Assembly (NCBI GenBank): GCA_030153805.1
Contig: JASKLG010000001.1
Location: 1 to 62,900 of the forward strand
Source: Bacillota bacterium
Lineage (GTDB): Bacteria > Bacillota > DTU030 > DUMP01
Reading direction: 5' to 3'
DNA length: 62,900 nt
In this document: piece after piece, positions 60,932 to 62,900 of the stretch
Layout: each line of letters begins with the position of its first letter
Position numbering within the stretch: position 1 is the first letter of the stretch
Program-made: the position numbers and the translations under genes
Notes under the pieces: generated by a model
What the model was told of the DNA's origin: nothing
What the model saw: the letters and a program-made list of their open reading frames with translations, nothing else
The model's database searches: none

Positions 60932-61720
60932 CTAGCCCTCCACCTGGGCGCCGGTACGGGCGCTAAAGGAATTGCGGACCTTCGGCGGCAGGAAGGCCTT
61001 TAGTTTTTCTTCCACCAGCCTTGGGTTTTCTCCCGCCTGCAGCGACAACACGCCCTCAATCACCAGTTCCTTGAGAAGAATTTCTTCCCCTGAACGGACA
61101 TTTAGCTTGCTGGCGATGGGGATGCAAATAAGGTTGGCGTAAATTGCCCCGTAAAACGTGGTAATCAGCGCCGTAGCCATGTTCGGCCCGATGGCACTGG
61201 GATTATCAAGGTTTTTCAACATGTTGATAAGACCGATCAGGGTTCCGATCATACCGAAAGCAGGCGCCAAGGTGGCCATGGTGATGAAGATGCCTTGGCC
61301 TGCTTTGTGGCGTTCCTCAACAAAGGCCAGTTCCGTTTCCAAGATGTTCCGCACCAATTCCGGGTCGCTCCCGTCGACCACGAGCTGCAACCCCTTTTTC
61401 AGAAACTCGTCCTCAAGCGCCTCGACCTCGTCTTCCAGAGCAAGGATTCCTTCCCGGCGGGCTTTTTCTGCGAAATAAACGAGCTGCTGAATCACGCTCT
61501 CCGGAGGCGGGAGGCGACGCAGAAACACATTGCGCACCACTTTGAGGACGCCGATGATCTGGCTGATGGGGTAAGCAATGAGAGTACCCGCGATGGTGCC
61601 ACCAAAGGTAATCATCACCGAAGGCAAGTCCCAGTAAGTTTTAAGTGTTCCCGTCTGGAAAATGCCGATCAGGATGAAGGCTACACCGAGAACTATCCCC
61701 AGGACTGTTGCTATATCCAT
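60932..61720 (-). CDS. motA: Stator A subunit (MotA/MotP)
   Basis: ARREGILALE, PAFGMIGT, ALITTFYG. ATG 61720 behind GGAGG. Confidence 0.95.
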   Translation of the reverse strand: MDIATVLGIVLGVAFILIGIFQTGTLKTYWDLPSVMITFGGTIAGTLIAYPISQIIGVLKVVRNVFLRRLPPPESVIQQLVYFAEKARREGILALEDEVEALEDEFLKKGLQLVVDGSDPELVRNILETELAFVEERHKAGQGIFITMATLAPAFGMIGTLIGLINMLKNLDNPSAIGPNMATALITTFYGAIYANLICIPIASKLNVRSGEEILLKELVIEGVLSLQAGENPRLVEEKLKAFLPPKVRNSFSARTGAQVEG

Positions 61721-61792
61721 CTTGATACCTCCATCAGGCAGGGGTGGAGGACCCGCCGGCGCTAGCCCTCCACCCGGCCGCAAGCCAGCGCC

Positions 61793-62900
61793 TTACCGCT
61801 TGAGATTGACGAGCTCCTGCAGCATCTCGTCGGAAACCGTGATCACGCGAGAATTGGCCTGAAAACCGCGCTGGGTTACGATCATGTCCGTAAATTCTTC
61901 CGAGAGGTCCACGTTGGACATCTCCAGCGAGCTCGGGGAGATGGCCCCGGCTTTACCGGTCCCCGGCTCGCTAATCTCCGGCTCGCCGGAGTTATTGGAG
62001 ACGGCAAAGAGCGAACCGCCTTTGCTGATCAAGCCGCTCGGGTTGGCGAAGGTCGCCACCGCCACCATAAAGAGCGGGCGGCTGACACCGTTGGAATAGC
62101 TGCCGCTGACCACTCCACTGGCATCCACGGTAATCTCCTCCAGATCCCCTTTGGCGTACCCGTCCTGAACCACGCCGATCACCGACTCTCCCCGCGGATC
62201 GTCGTACTGGGTGATGCCGGAGAAGTCGAAAGTCTGCGGGCACTGGTCGTCAGTTGTACTGGTATTGCCGTCGGGGTGGAAAACCAAATTGACGGTGTAC
62301 CCGGACACCCCCTGATCGCCAGCCGACCAGGGCGAGTTAGTAGCGGTGTCTAGCTGAATCTCCTGGATCTTCCCATCAGCGGTAAATATGAGAGTGCCGC
62401 TTACTCCCGTAGACCCATCGCTGTTGGGTATCTCCCATTTCCATTGGTTAGGGTTGGTTGTGGGGTCGAGCTTGGTAAATTTGATGGTAACGTTATAGGT
62501 GTTCCCCAGCTTATCGTACACCGTGAAACTCCGCGTGAAGCTGCCATCCACTTCGGTCCCGGCATTCAAATTCCCGCTCAGCTTGACGTTCTGCGTAGCT
62601 TTTGGCGGGCTCTGGATCAGGTCGGCGGTGAGGGCAAGGTCTGTAGGAGCAGCGTTGGGATCAAGGGCACCGCCGGGGCCGTCAAGCCGCTTACCCGTTT
62701 CATCCAGGAACCAGCCCTGCACCTTGAGGCCGTCAGGGTTCACGAAGTTGCCCTCGCTGTCGAAACGGAATGCCCCAGCCCGGGTGTAAACCCGGGAGCC
62801 GCTGCCGCTATTTAGGATGAAGTATCCCTCGCCGTCGATGGCGAGATCGGTCATATTGCCGGTAATCTGGGTATTTCCTTTGGTATGAATGGTATCGATG
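61793..62900 (-). CDS. flgE: Flagellar hook protein FlgE (partial, 5' end outside the window)
   Basis: DLAIDGEGYF, YTRAGAF, LEMSNVDLSEEFTDMIVTQRGFQAN; the frame stays open to the window edge (IDTIHTKGNTQITGN). Confidence 0.93.
   Translation of the reverse strand, partial: IDTIHTKGNTQITGNMTDLAIDGEGYFILNSGSGSRVYTRAGAFRFDSEGNFVNPDGLKVQGWFLDETGKRLDGPGGALDPNAAPTDLALTADLIQSPPKATQNVKLSGNLNAGTEVDGSFTRSFTVYDKLGNTYNVTIKFTKLDPTTNPNQWKWEIPNSDGSTGVSGTLIFTADGKIQEIQLDTATNSPWSAGDQGVSGYTVNLVFHPDGNTSTTDDQCPQTFDFSGITQYDDPRGESVIGVVQDGYAKGDLEEITVDASGVVSGSYSNGVSRPLFMVAVATFANPSGLISKGGSLFAVSNNSGEPEISEPGTGKAGAISPSSLEMSNVDLSEEFTDMIVTQRGFQANSRVITVSDEMLQELVNLKR

Overview
A GC-rich (about 55-60% by eye) core-chromosome segment from a motile, probably spore-forming Bacillota (Clostridia-like) bacterium. 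Every supportable gene lies on the minus strand. In transcription order (right to left) it contains five blocks. (1) The end of a fla/che operon: flgE, motAB, fliLMY, cheY, fliOPQR, flhBAFG, a PilZ brake, cheBAWCD, fliA and small accessory genes. (2) rpsB-tsf-pyrH-frr-uppS-cdsA-ytvI-dxr-rseP-ispG-proS-GT2-mgtC-polC. (3) rimP-nusA-ylxR-L7Ae-infB-rbfA-nrnA-truB-ribF, two small ORFs, then rpsO-pnp. (4) M16 peptidase-dut-ymxH, then dapB-asd-dapG-dapA. (5) rnj, tepA-ylzJ, a Na/Pi cotransporter, ftsK, rodZ, rimO, pgsA. I saw no rRNA, tRNA, CRISPR array or mobile element. The most interesting signals are four: a candidate ~70-nt anti-Shine-Dalgarno sRNA under a PhoB/WalR-type repeat promoter between rnj and tepA; a two-gene cassette (helical protein plus DUF4258/BECR-like RNase) between a sigmaA promoter and the S15 leader of rpsO; a catalytically degenerate RNase J with an attenuator-like leader; and a PolC lacking its DEDDh proofreading domain but keeping an intact PHP metal site. 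Also noted: a CheB without a receiver domain and a Na+-type stator. All calls come from manual motif recognition; no database searches were run. Many start codons were trimmed from the ORF track using RBS position.
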